A DNA stretch of 39,017 bases, taken from contig MFJD01000008.1 of assembly GCA_001779095.1 (NCBI GenBank), positions 1,873 to 40,889 on the forward strand. The letters run 5' to 3'. Below are positions 11,577 through 19,667 of the stretch, piece after piece. This stretch comes from Candidatus Gottesmanbacteria bacterium RBG_16_52_11. Lineage in GTDB: Bacteria > Patescibacteriota > Microgenomatia > UBA10105 > UBA927. The notes below the pieces were generated by a model that was not told where the DNA came from, did no database searches, and was given only the letters and a program-made list of their open reading frames with translations. The translations under genes and the position numbers were made by a program. The first letter of the stretch is position 1. Each line of letters starts with the position of its first letter.

Positions 11577-12065
11577 ATGAATGTCAGTGACGTCATGAGT
11601 AAGAGTGTTACGACCGCACCTCCGACCATGAAACTGAAGGAGGTTTGGAAACTCATTTTCAGTAAAAACATCAACGCCCTTCCGGTCATCGATGCCAATA
11701 AAAAACTGGTCGGCATCGTCACAAAGGATGACCTACTCTCCAAGCTGTATCCGGACTATGACGAATTTATTGCGGATTTCGCTTCAGCAAGCGATTTTGA
11801 GGCAATGGAAAATAAGCTTCAGGAAATCTTAACTTCGACTGCCCGTGATGTCATGAATAAGCGGGTAGTCTTTACCAGGGTGGACACTCCGGCACTGCGG
11901 GCGCTGTCGCGGATGATCGCCCGGCACGTGAATCAGCTGCCGGTACTGGGTGAGGGAGACAGGGTAATCGGCATGGTAACCAAGGGTGATATTTTCCGGG
12001 CATTATTCCAGCAGAAATTCGCAACGATAATTCCGGGTAAAAAGCAGCCGAAACGGAAGTCCTGA
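11577..12065 (+). CDS. CBS domain pair protein
   Basis: Two CBS motifs: LPVID..LVGIVTKDDL and LPVL..VIGMVTKGDI. Confidence 0.93.
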   Translation: MNVSDVMSKSVTTAPPTMKLKEVWKLIFSKNINALPVIDANKKLVGIVTKDDLLSKLYPDYDEFIADFASASDFEAMENKLQEILTSTARDVMNKRVVFTRVDTPALRALSRMIARHVNQLPVLGEGDRVIGMVTKGDIFRALFQQKFATIIPGKKQPKRKS

Positions 12066-12203
12066 TCATTTATAAACCGTGGTACCGGTCTGACCGGTGC
12101 GTTAGCACTCATTAATCATAGTTGCTAACCGGAAAAACTGCCGCCCACTGAGCGGTTAATTGTGTTTGTTATTCGGAAATCCCGCTGATACCGCTGCGCT
12201 CCA

Positions 12204-12232
12204 TTGACGATAGACAGCTGTTTTGGTATCTT
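12204..12232 (+). promoter_or_regulatory. sigma70 promoter of pyrG (leaderless-type)
   Basis: TTGACG-17 nt-TATCTT with extended TG; ATG 5 nt downstream. Confidence 0.55.
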
Positions 12233-12237
12233 TGGCT

Positions 12238-13905
12238 ATGCCCACTAAATACATCTTCGTTTCCGGCGGGGTGATCTCCGGAATCGGTAAAGGAAACGTC
12301 ACAGCCGCCATTGCTCTGCTTCTTCAGAACCGCGGTTTCAGTGTCACCTGCGTTAAGTGTGAAAACTACCTGAATATCGATGCCGGTCTTATCAATCCCG
12401 TAGAACACGGTGATCCATATCTCATGGAGGACGGAACGGAATCCGACATGGACATGGGTACTTATGAAAAATACCTGGGCAAAAACATGCATCGGCACAA
12501 TTTCGTCACCATGGGGCAAATTTATAAGGCAGTCATCGACAGGGAGCGGAGCTTCGGTTATAAAGGCGAGGACGTCGAAGCCATACCGCATGTCACCGAT
12601 GAAATCATCAAAAGGATCGGTGAAGCCGGACAGAAGGAAAAAGCCGATATAGTCATAATCGAACTCGGCGGGACTGCCGGGGAATACCAGAACATGCTTT
12701 ATTACGAAGCGTCACGGATTTTATCAAGGATTAAAACCAACAGCGTCATACATGTGCATGTCAGTTACCTGCCGACACCGATTCACCTGGGTGAACCGAA
12801 AACCAAACCGACACAGCTTTCGGTCCGGACCCTGAACTCAATGGGTATACAACCGGATTTCATAGTTGCCCGGTCAGAAAAGCCGGTTGATGACAGGCGA
12901 CGCGAGCGGTTTGCCCTTTTCTGTAATGTCGATCCGGACCATATCATTAACAGTGTTGATCTGACGACACCATATGAAGCCCCGTTACATTATGCCCAGC
13001 AGAAATTCGATGAAAAGATCCTGACCATGCTGGGACTGCCGCTGGGCAGGCTCAGGCTCGGGGATTGGAAGCAGATGGTAGGCAAAGCCCTGGCCAAAAA
13101 ACGGGATGAGATTACCATTGCCATCGTCGGCAAGTATTTTGCCACCGGTGAATATCAGCTGCGGGACAGTTACGCAGCACTTCTGGATGCGATCAGTCAT
13201 GCCGGATGGGAATCCGGAGTGAAAGCCGTGACCAAATGGATTCAGGCTGAAAAGCTGGAAAAAGGAGACCTCAGTCAGCTGGAAGGCGCGGACGGTATTA
13301 TCGTTCCGATTGGCTGGGGCCCGCGGGGCGTGGAGGGCAAAATCACCGCTGTCGGGTATGCCCGGACGCGGAAAGTACCATACCTGGGACTCTGCTACGG
13401 AATGCAGCTGGCTGTCGTTGAATACGCCAGAAACGTACTCCGGCTCGAAAACGCGCATACTTTGGAATGCGACAGCGATACGGCGTATCCGGTAATCCAT
13501 ATGGTTACCGGTCAGGATGAGATGCTGAAACGGCGGGCATACGGCGGAACGATGCGGCTGGGCCGCTGGGACTGTAAAGTGAAACCCGGGACGATGGCAG
13601 ATGAAATTTATAGCTCCCGGAACGGTTTTTCAGATCCCGGCAAGAAAGTTGTAGGTGAGCGCCACCGGCACCGGTATGAATTCAACAACAAATATGCCTC
13701 GGATTTTGAAAAGGCCGGGCTGGTTCTGGCCGGTCGGTCGGTGGTCGAAAATCTCGTGGAAATCATCGAGCTGCCTAAATCTGAACATCCTTTCTTTTTC
13801 GGAACCCAGTACCATCCCGAATACCGGTCACGCCCGCTGGAACCCCATCCGGTATTCCTGGCATTCATCGAAGCTTGTCGTAAACAGTCCGAACTGGTAA
13901 AATAG
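12238..13905 (+). CDS. pyrG: CTP synthase
   Basis: KYIFVSGGVISGIGKG, ELGGTAG, KTKPTQ, GATase LGLCYGMQ, ERHRHRYE, QYHPE; ATG at 12238. Confidence 0.99.
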   Translation: MPTKYIFVSGGVISGIGKGNVTAAIALLLQNRGFSVTCVKCENYLNIDAGLINPVEHGDPYLMEDGTESDMDMGTYEKYLGKNMHRHNFVTMGQIYKAVIDRERSFGYKGEDVEAIPHVTDEIIKRIGEAGQKEKADIVIIELGGTAGEYQNMLYYEASRILSRIKTNSVIHVHVSYLPTPIHLGEPKTKPTQLSVRTLNSMGIQPDFIVARSEKPVDDRRRERFALFCNVDPDHIINSVDLTTPYEAPLHYAQQKFDEKILTMLGLPLGRLRLGDWKQMVGKALAKKRDEITIAIVGKYFATGEYQLRDSYAALLDAISHAGWESGVKAVTKWIQAEKLEKGDLSQLEGADGIIVPIGWGPRGVEGKITAVGYARTRKVPYLGLCYGMQLAVVEYARNVLRLENAHTLECDSDTAYPVIHMVTGQDEMLKRRAYGGTMRLGRWDCKVKPGTMADEIYSSRNGFSDPGKKVVGERHRHRYEFNNKYASDFEKAGLVLAGRSVVENLVEIIELPKSEHPFFFGTQYHPEYRSRPLEPHPVFLAFIEACRKQSELVK

Positions 13906-13929
13906 CTTTCTGATTCGCTGAGATCGCCT

Positions 13930-14352
13930 ATGGCAATAAAAATCACGTGGACACAGCCGGACAAGCAGGATGCCAAGCCGACCGTCGCCGGAATCGGTGA
14001 CACGGTCAGGGTTCACTACAAACTGATTGAAAAGGAAAAAGTATCCGGCAAGGCAAAGCGGGAAGTGCATGTAACGACACGGGAAAGAATCCAGGTTTTT
14101 GAGGGCATCCTGATTGCTGTCCGGGGTTCCGGATCCGACACGATGATGACGGTCAGACGGATCGGTACCGGTGCGATCGGCATTGAGCGGATTTTTCCCC
14201 TTACATCACCATGGATCAGGAAGCTGGAAGTCAAAAAACGTGCCGATGTCCGCCGGGCTAAGCTGTATTATCTGCGCGCCCGGAAAGGCAGACTGGCGAG
14301 CAAGCTGAATGAAGCCGATGTTCGGAAAAACGCCACGGCAGGTGTTGGGTAA
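13930..14352 (+). CDS. rplS: 50S ribosomal protein L19
   Basis: GDTVRVH, RIQVFEGILIA, GIERIFPL, VRRAKLYYLR. Confidence 0.97.
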   Translation: MAIKITWTQPDKQDAKPTVAGIGDTVRVHYKLIEKEKVSGKAKREVHVTTRERIQVFEGILIAVRGSGSDTMMTVRRIGTGAIGIERIFPLTSPWIRKLEVKKRADVRRAKLYYLRARKGRLASKLNEADVRKNATAGVG

Positions 14353-14692
14353 TAACGGAGAAGACCTGGCAGCTAGCTACCTCACCAAAAACGGGTACCG
14401 CATCTTAACCCGTAATTTCCGGACCAGATTCGGGGAGCTCGATATAGTCTGCCTTAAAGCCGGGACGGTGGTTTATGTTGAAGTCAAAACCCGGATAGGG
14501 AGGCTGTTCGGTACACCGGAAGAGGCTATCACTACCCGTAAGATCAGACGGATACTGACGGCGGCAAACATTTTCCAGTCCGCACATCCGGAACTACCTG
14601 AATCGATACGGCTGGATTGCGTGTCAGTCGAGTTTGATCCAAGTTCGGGAAAACTGGCCCGGCTCGAACACATAGAAAATATAACCCAGTGA
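14318..14692 (+). CDS. yraN: YraN family (UPF0102) putative endonuclease
   Basis: GEDLAASYL..GYRIL.RNFR..GELDIV..VEVKTR..RLDCV; follows rplS; start uncertain (14309 or 14318). Confidence 0.93.
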   Translation: MFGKTPRQVLGNNGEDLAASYLTKNGYRILTRNFRTRFGELDIVCLKAGTVVYVEVKTRIGRLFGTPEEAITTRKIRRILTAANIFQSAHPELPESIRLDCVSVEFDPSSGKLARLEHIENITQ

Positions 14693-14700
14693 GTAATTTT

Positions 14701-14709
14701 TGATATAAT
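14701..14709 (+). promoter_or_regulatory. Extended -10 promoter of the tRNA-Lys locus
   Basis: TGATATAAT (TGnTATAAT) 14 nt upstream of the tRNA-like 5' end at 14724. Confidence 0.65.
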
Positions 14710-14723
14710 GAAGTGTCGTTAAA

Positions 14724-14773
14724 GGGCCCATAGCTCAACGGCAGATCCGCCGGCTGGCGGACTTTTAAGCTAT
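14724..14773 (+). pseudogene. tRNA-Lys 5' pseudo-copy with palindromic hairpin replacing the 5' anticodon-stem region
   Basis: 14724-14745 identical to 15022-15043 (22 nt); 14762-14773 identical to 15052-15063 (12 nt); gcagtagc is replaced by tccgcc-ggct-ggcgga. Confidence 0.9.
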
Positions 14774-15050
14774 GACGACTTGGGTGTACGTTATAATGGA
14801 TGACACCGATAGAATTTATATTAGTCAAACCAATAATCTTGAAAAGAGATTATTACGGCATAGTGGCTACTTAAGTAGCAAGCAGAGTAGTCATACCAAG
14901 AGACGGAAAGGAAAATGGGCAATTAAATATACTGAAAAGTTCAATAACCGCCCAGACGCAATCAGGCGTGAAAAAGAGTTGAAGTCGTACCGAGGAAGAG
15001 AGTATATTAGGCAAATACTTCGGGCCCATAGCTCAACGGCAGAGCAGTAG
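14772..15050 (+). CDS. Small stand-alone GIY-YIG nuclease (UPF0213/YhbQ-like)
   Basis: WVYVI..IYISQTNNLEKRLLRH..HTK..W..AIRREKELKS; YIG reads YIS; start and stop codons both lie in tRNA-derived sequence. Confidence 0.9.
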   Translation: MTTWVYVIMDDTDRIYISQTNNLEKRLLRHSGYLSSKQSSHTKRRKGKWAIKYTEKFNNRPDAIRREKELKSYRGREYIRQILRAHSSTAEQ

Positions 15051-16768
15051 CCTTTTAAGCTATTGGTTGGAGGTTCGAATCCTCCTGGGCTCACTGATAG
15101 TGTTTTTGAAGTGTTGTACTTATCGTTTAGCTCGAAAAGAGGGGCTAAATTGAGTGTTCCATTTTCTAATTCTGTGTAGGTTGGCAGGTCTTCAAAAACT
15201 AGCCCGAACATGGCAGCATTTTGGAAGGGATTAGTGCTTCCGAACAGTAAATCTTTGAGGTGTTCCATGAAGTACTGGGTGTAGTTTATGAGTATCTGAA
15301 TATCAATCTGCTCTTTCTCTTTCTTTTCTCGTACACCCACGAGACTTACCTTCTCATGCTCCAGTTTTTCTATGTCATCCTCAATCAGTTTGATTGTAGT
15401 TGGAAGTGAGAGCATCTTGATTTTATCTTTCAGCTCATGGATTTCATGCTCAATGCTGATAAGTCGTTCGTTGAGTTTGACAGTTACATCTGATACCTGG
15501 TGCTCCCGTTTGTTCCATTCCCCTAGGAATATATCTCTGAATCTTTTTACAAAGCTCTCATCAAAGTCTACATGCTCCATAAACGTCTCTACACGGGTTT
15601 CTAGTGCGTCTACGGGTATTCTGAAGTATTTATGACCACGGCTACAATGGTAAGCAGGGAAGTGTTTACCAGACTTACCCTTTGAAGCGCTGGCAAGTAG
15701 AGGGTTTCTACACGTCGGGCATAAAATATATTGTTTGTACGGGTAGAGTGGATTCTCCTTCTGCTTCCTCAATCTCCAAGGGTCAACCTTGCCTCGATAA
15801 ATCTTCACAGTGTCGCCATCTTCAACAATAGTTATTTTCCCACGATTAGCCCGATTGAACGTGTCTATTGAAACAAGACCAGGAAACTTACATTTTGTTG
15901 GTTCACCATCAAGCCACTTTTCAGTGTTTACACCAGCGTAAATAGAATTCTGAATGTAGCGCTGCATCTGTTTGATGGTAAGTGGTACTCCTCCCATTTT
16001 ATCAATAATTTTTTGCTTATCAGTTTTATCATGGAGCTTTCTCATTCTCGACTTGTAACCAATGGCGTTTACTTGTTCGACAATCTGTAAATCCGTCAAA
16101 GTTCCTTGTTCTCGAAGTTCAAACATCTTGATAAACCACTGAGCTTCTACAGGGTGAGGTGCAAGAATAACTCTCATGCCATGGGTTGTTTCAATCTTTT
16201 CATTCTGATAACCAGGTGGTGCTGGCCTAACACGATAACCCATACGTACATACCTGACTTCCGCACCTATCATCCTTGTAAGAATGTCCCTTACCTCGCT
16301 TTTACCTCTCTCTGCTTCCAACATTTCAGTCACCCAGGTGGGACTATACTCTGACCAGTTATACTTGAGACCAAGATGGTCGAGAGTATTTACTGTTTGC
16401 GTTCCGATTACTCCATACACGTCAATAAATTGAACCCCATACTTAGCAAACTGAGACTTGAGCAATCCATACATCGTAGCTCCGCCTCTCGTGCCCCTGT
16501 CAATGCTTTTTATGAAAGCGTAGCTGATTTTATTGTGGGGATTTTTACAGTGTTCGAGAGCTTTGAGAATAGGTTGTCTATCTAGCTCTCCCGAAGCCGA
16601 CTCAGTGAACTCGAAAAACTTACTAATAGTAATGTTGCGATTGATGGTCAAACCTAATTGTTCTGCCCGCCGGAGTAGTTGCTGTTTCTGGTCTTCGTGG
16701 CTATCACCCATAAGACCTTGCTTGGTAGAAGATACTCGTAAAATACCGATAGCGTATTCTGTTTTCAT
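14891..16768 (-). CDS. Large serine recombinase (integrase); last 65 aa read antisense through tRNA-Lys and the GIY-YIG gene
   Basis: LRVSSTKQ catalytic Ser, ESASG, SIDRGTR, recombinase domain, Zn ribbon CPTC..YHC, coiled coil; tail PGGFEPPT is the antisense T arm. Confidence 0.93.
   Translation of the reverse strand: MKTEYAIGILRVSSTKQGLMGDSHEDQKQQLLRRAEQLGLTINRNITISKFFEFTESASGELDRQPILKALEHCKNPHNKISYAFIKSIDRGTRGGATMYGLLKSQFAKYGVQFIDVYGVIGTQTVNTLDHLGLKYNWSEYSPTWVTEMLEAERGKSEVRDILTRMIGAEVRYVRMGYRVRPAPPGYQNEKIETTHGMRVILAPHPVEAQWFIKMFELREQGTLTDLQIVEQVNAIGYKSRMRKLHDKTDKQKIIDKMGGVPLTIKQMQRYIQNSIYAGVNTEKWLDGEPTKCKFPGLVSIDTFNRANRGKITIVEDGDTVKIYRGKVDPWRLRKQKENPLYPYKQYILCPTCRNPLLASASKGKSGKHFPAYHCSRGHKYFRIPVDALETRVETFMEHVDFDESFVKRFRDIFLGEWNKREHQVSDVTVKLNERLISIEHEIHELKDKIKMLSLPTTIKLIEDDIEKLEHEKVSLVGVREKKEKEQIDIQILINYTQYFMEHLKDLLFGSTNPFQNAAMFGLVFEDLPTYTELENGTLNLAPLFELNDKYNTSKTLSVSPGGFEPPTNSLKGYCSAVELWARSICLIYSLPRYDFNSFSRLIASGRLLNFSVYLIAHFPFRLLV
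15022..15093 (+). tRNA. tRNA-Lys (anticodon TTT), CCA not encoded
   Basis: Acceptor gggccca/tgggctc+A, D arm gctc/gagc, anticodon arm gtagc-cTTTTaa-gctat (TTT at 15054-15056), T arm ggagg-ttcgaat-cctcc. Confidence 0.97.
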
Positions 16769-16968
16769 TTTCTATTTCTATGTTGGTGTTCCATAATAAG
16801 ATTACTAGATTTTACAACAAACTTCAACTGTCCGTTTCGGTAGTCCTCCAGGACTCTATCTATCATCAAGTTAGCCATTATACGCATACGTTCATCCTGG
16901 CTAAGCGTAACCTTGAACTTTGTTTTCTTCTCTACAATCTGGTCAGTGTAAGATTTATTGTTACTCAT
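16765..16968 (-). CDS. Small hypothetical protein coupled to the integrase (candidate directionality factor)
   Basis: ATG at 16968 overlaps the end of the upstream gene; its TGA overlaps the integrase ATG (ATGA). Confidence 0.6.
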   Translation of the reverse strand: MSNNKSYTDQIVEKKTKFKVTLSQDERMRIMANLMIDRVLEDYRNGQLKFVVKSSNLIMEHQHRNRK

Positions 16969-17212
16969 AGCGTTTAGTGTTCCATCTGAGACCACGTTTT
17001 TGGATTTCTTGCATGACGCACCCGTTGTAGTAAGCGGCTGGAGATTTTTTCAACTTCCCTCGACGTTCCATATCTAGTGTGTGGGAACTAAGTTCGTAGC
17101 AAGTTTGAGGGCCAAGTAGATAGATAGCCTTACAATGAAAACCTAAGCCATTGAGGTCATTCAATTTTTCAGCAATAATCCTAGCTTCGGCCTCTATACG
17201 TTCGTGATTCAT
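16961..17212 (-). CDS. Small helical protein resembling DnaD/replication-initiator C-terminal domains
   Basis: IAEKLND..KSPAAYYNGCV; ATGA overlap with the rep gene. Confidence 0.55.
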   Translation of the reverse strand: MNHERIEAEARIIAEKLNDLNGLGFHCKAIYLLGPQTCYELSSHTLDMERRGKLKKSPAAYYNGCVMQEIQKRGLRWNTKRYE

Positions 17213-17772
17213 GTACCTTGCCCTCCCTTCTTTTTTTGGAGGAACGAGTACTTTTCCCGAATCTTGCCTATTGAGTCCGATAGGGGTTTGTTCTTATAAG
17301 AAGGCGATTTTTCTTTGTCTGTCTCAAATCGCGAATATAAATTCTTATCTTTGTTTTCATTATTATTAGTGGTTGTTGGTTGGTTGCTGGTTGGTAATTC
17401 TGATGGTTGTTCGGATGGTTGATTGGCAGCGAGATTCAATCCAAAAATGCCATCCGCCAGATATTCACCAACGGTGTAGCGCTTGGTTGCTCGGATGGTT
17501 CGAATGAGACGGAATCGAACTAACTTCTCATAAGCAGACCTGTATTCACCTTGCGTAAGTCCCAACTCCAGAGATAACTTGATTCTTCCTGTAATAAATT
17601 GACGGGGTAGTAAATGAATGTTTTCACCATTCCAGGCTACATCTCCTTCGACTCTCCTGGCTCTACGGGCAAACTCAGCAAGGAGATGAAATGTTTTAGG
17701 TGATTGCCGAAGCCAATCTGGAATCTCTCGATAGTGGTATATGTAGGTAGATTTACTTGTAGCTGTCTCCAT
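17209..17772 (-). CDS. Phage-type replication initiator (winged-HTH N-terminus)
   Basis: RQFITGRIKLSLELGLTQGEYRSAYEKL resembles the phage replisome-organizer HTH; NQP-repeat linker; SD GGAGG. Confidence 0.7.
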   Translation of the reverse strand: METATSKSTYIYHYREIPDWLRQSPKTFHLLAEFARRARRVEGDVAWNGENIHLLPRQFITGRIKLSLELGLTQGEYRSAYEKLVRFRLIRTIRATKRYTVGEYLADGIFGLNLAANQPSEQPSELPTSNQPTTTNNNENKDKNLYSRFETDKEKSPSYKNKPLSDSIGKIREKYSFLQKKKGGQGT

Positions 17773-18046
17773 ATAAGCCTCCGTTTCGGTATCCGTCTCT
17801 ATTTCTCATCAGCCCCAAAAGCTCCTCCCTTCTGGAGAAAAGCTCTCGTGCCACAGCAGTCCCGCCGTTTACATACTCCTGGACTAACTGCCTGCATTTA
17901 CTGGGGTCTTGAAAAACAAAAGTGAAATGTCGTGGCGTGTCGGGGATAATATCTACAAGGCGGGCTTGATTACAAAGCAGAAAACTACAGACGAGCAAGT
18001 CATCACTTCTATACAACTGATTTTCGGTATCGGTTTGATTTTTCAT
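17753..18046 (-). CDS. DUF5659-like small protein
   Basis: YRSDDLLVCSFLL..LVDI..FTFVF pattern; first gene of the replication operon. Confidence 0.6.
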   Translation of the reverse strand: MKNQTDTENQLYRSDDLLVCSFLLCNQARLVDIIPDTPRHFTFVFQDPSKCRQLVQEYVNGGTAVARELFSRREELLGLMRNRDGYRNGGLYGDSYK

Positions 18047-18063
18047 AGTAAGCGTTAGGCCAC

Positions 18064-18089
18064 AAAAAAAGCAGCTCCTTTGAGCTGCT
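18064..18089 (-). terminator. Intrinsic terminator/attenuator upstream of the replication-integrase operon
   Basis: Minus strand: agcagctc-aaag-gagctgc followed by T7. Confidence 0.8.
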
Positions 18090-18306
18090 CATCAGTTACA
18101 CTCAAACGGTTGTCCTGATGACACACTCAAAGTGTGCATTTCATCAGGGCTAGGGATTTAGGGTTGTCTCTCGAATTACTCTCCGAGGTTTTGCCTTCCT
18201 ATCCTTTTTCCCTTACGAACCGTTTTGGGCCTAGCTAGCGTCTACTTGAAACTTGAGGTTTCGTTCACCTAGCAATATCCGCTTACTTGGCTATTCAATT
18301 TTCAAT
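18090..18306 (-). ncRNA. Candidate structured leader RNA
   Basis: Nested stems 18104-18111/18218-18225, 18114-18121/18141-18148, 18122-18127/18131-18136, between a promoter and a terminator. Confidence 0.5.
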
Positions 18307-18312
18307 AATTTT

Positions 18313-18341
18313 ACTGTAGCAATATATAACTAAAATGTCAA
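18313..18341 (-). promoter_or_regulatory. sigma70 promoter driving the leader and replication operon
   Basis: Minus strand TTGACA-17 nt-TACAGT with extended TG. Confidence 0.7.
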
Positions 18342-18556
18342 TATAGACCGATATGACGGGATAAACCATGTAATAAATATCAGACTCTGAAGTGCTAGAA
18401 GCAGGAAAAGAAACTAGTGAAAGATTCAAGCATCATCAAGGTATCCCGTACCTTCACTCACTTATAATAAGCCACATAGATTTATATATAAATAATCCAT
18501 ATATGATTTATATAAATATAAACAATATAGAGATACGTCCTACTTTTTCGTCTCCA

Positions 18557-18787
18557 TCAGAAGGGCAAGAGCTTGGTCGAAGGTACTCCGAGCGCGGTAG
18601 CAATCTTGAAAATAGTATTGAGTTTTGGATTACGATGACCATTTTCAATTTCGTTTATCGAAGTCAAGTCCATCCCTATATCTAGCGCTAAATCCTCTTG
18701 AGATTTCTTGAGCTTCAATCGTACTGCTCGCACGTTCTCACCAAACGTTCTTCTCACCTCGTTTTCTTTCAATTTACTGCCTGGCAT
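18557..18787 (-). CDS. XRE/Cro-CI family HTH transcriptional regulator
   Basis: FGENVRAVR..SQEDLA..INEIENGHRNPKLNTIFKIATALGV; likely ATG at 18787. Confidence 0.92.
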   Translation of the reverse strand: MPGSKLKENEVRRTFGENVRAVRLKLKKSQEDLALDIGMDLTSINEIENGHRNPKLNTIFKIATALGVPSTKLLPF

Positions 18788-18788
18788 A

Positions 18789-18817
18789 TTGTCTTTATGC
18801 CAAACTGGAGCTATAAT
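18789..18817 (+). promoter_or_regulatory. sigma70 promoter of cargo genes, divergent from XRE
   Basis: TTGTCT-17 nt-TATAAT immediately beside the XRE start codon. Confidence 0.6.
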
Positions 18818-18887
18818 GTCTTTGGCATAAATGCCATATCGAAGCTGAGCGCACACGCAGGCAACTAGTGATAGTTGCTGTTTTTGT

Positions 18888-19409
18888 ATGAAGAAGAAAA
18901 TTGTCATCATTACCGCAATTTTAGTTATGGCGTTACTTGTAGTCGTAGTTAGTCAATCGAAAGAAAAACAGACCACACAGGGCGCTACAGACTGCCAGAA
19001 AGTGGCCATCAATCCACAACCTACCCCTTTTGTGATGAGCGAACCGTTTGACCCGACCAAAGCGCCAGAAGGCAGTGAGTTCTATATGCTCTCCAACCAA
19101 TCGTCTCCCTGGACAAAAGAGTCGTTTGATGTAGACGGGGACGGCGACCCTGAAGACATAATGACTGCAAACCTGGCCATGAATCATACTCCGCACTTAC
19201 TCAAGATTGTAAGAGATAACAAAGTTATCTTTGAAGCTGAAGGTGCGAACATTTATGCAGAAGCTGTAGAAGACGGCGATGGTTTTGTTCTTGGTCTAAC
19301 TACAGACTGGAATACCAATCAAACCAAGCGCACCATGTACGAGTACAAAGATGTCGGTTTTATGCCTACCTGGTATCAAGAAAATTGCAAAACCTATGAC
19401 AATAACTAA
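18888..19409 (+). CDS. Secreted/membrane-anchored hypothetical protein
   Basis: MKKK plus hydrophobic helix; DVDGDGDPE Ca-binding-like motif. Confidence 0.75.
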   Translation: MKKKIVIITAILVMALLVVVVSQSKEKQTTQGATDCQKVAINPQPTPFVMSEPFDPTKAPEGSEFYMLSNQSSPWTKESFDVDGDGDPEDIMTANLAMNHTPHLLKIVRDNKVIFEAEGANIYAEAVEDGDGFVLGLTTDWNTNQTKRTMYEYKDVGFMPTWYQENCKTYDNN

Positions 19410-19617
19410 TCCACTTACAAGTCTTGTTATCTTTACTGTTGCTCTTTTTAGCATTATCCTGGCTTTTGCCATCTGGGGTGCAATGAGCAGTAAGGGCGCA
19501 AGGACTACTCAGTTCAAAGAAAATCTAATAATCGTATTCGGTCTCATCCGTAGTTATTTTGTGTATCTAGTGATAATTGCACTGATAGCTCTGGCATTCC
19601 GCTTTCTAACGAAATAA
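19396..19617 (+). CDS. Small two-TM membrane protein
   Basis: ATG at 19396 overlapping the previous gene; two hydrophobic segments. Confidence 0.6.
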   Translation: MTITNPLTSLVIFTVALFSIILAFAIWGAMSSKGARTTQFKENLIIVFGLIRSYFVYLVIIALIALAFRFLTK

Positions 19618-19667
19618 GCCGCTACCAGGCGTATTTCTGGTATAATCGGGGCGTTACTTAGGATGAA

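Noticed and set aside
14746-15051. Group I intron with homing endonuclease in the tRNA anticodon arm
   Set aside because: The downstream tRNA is complete by itself, the ORF fills the whole interval, and no P/Q/R/S core is visible.
18160-18200. c-di-GMP-I riboswitch suggested by minus-strand GGCAAAACC
   Set aside because: No GNRA tetraloop or downstream GACGCAAA motif.
18788-18910. 41-aa N-terminal extension of XRE, and ORF 18392-18685
   Set aside because: The extension overlaps the divergent promoter and gene; the other ORF is antisense to XRE over AT-rich DNA.
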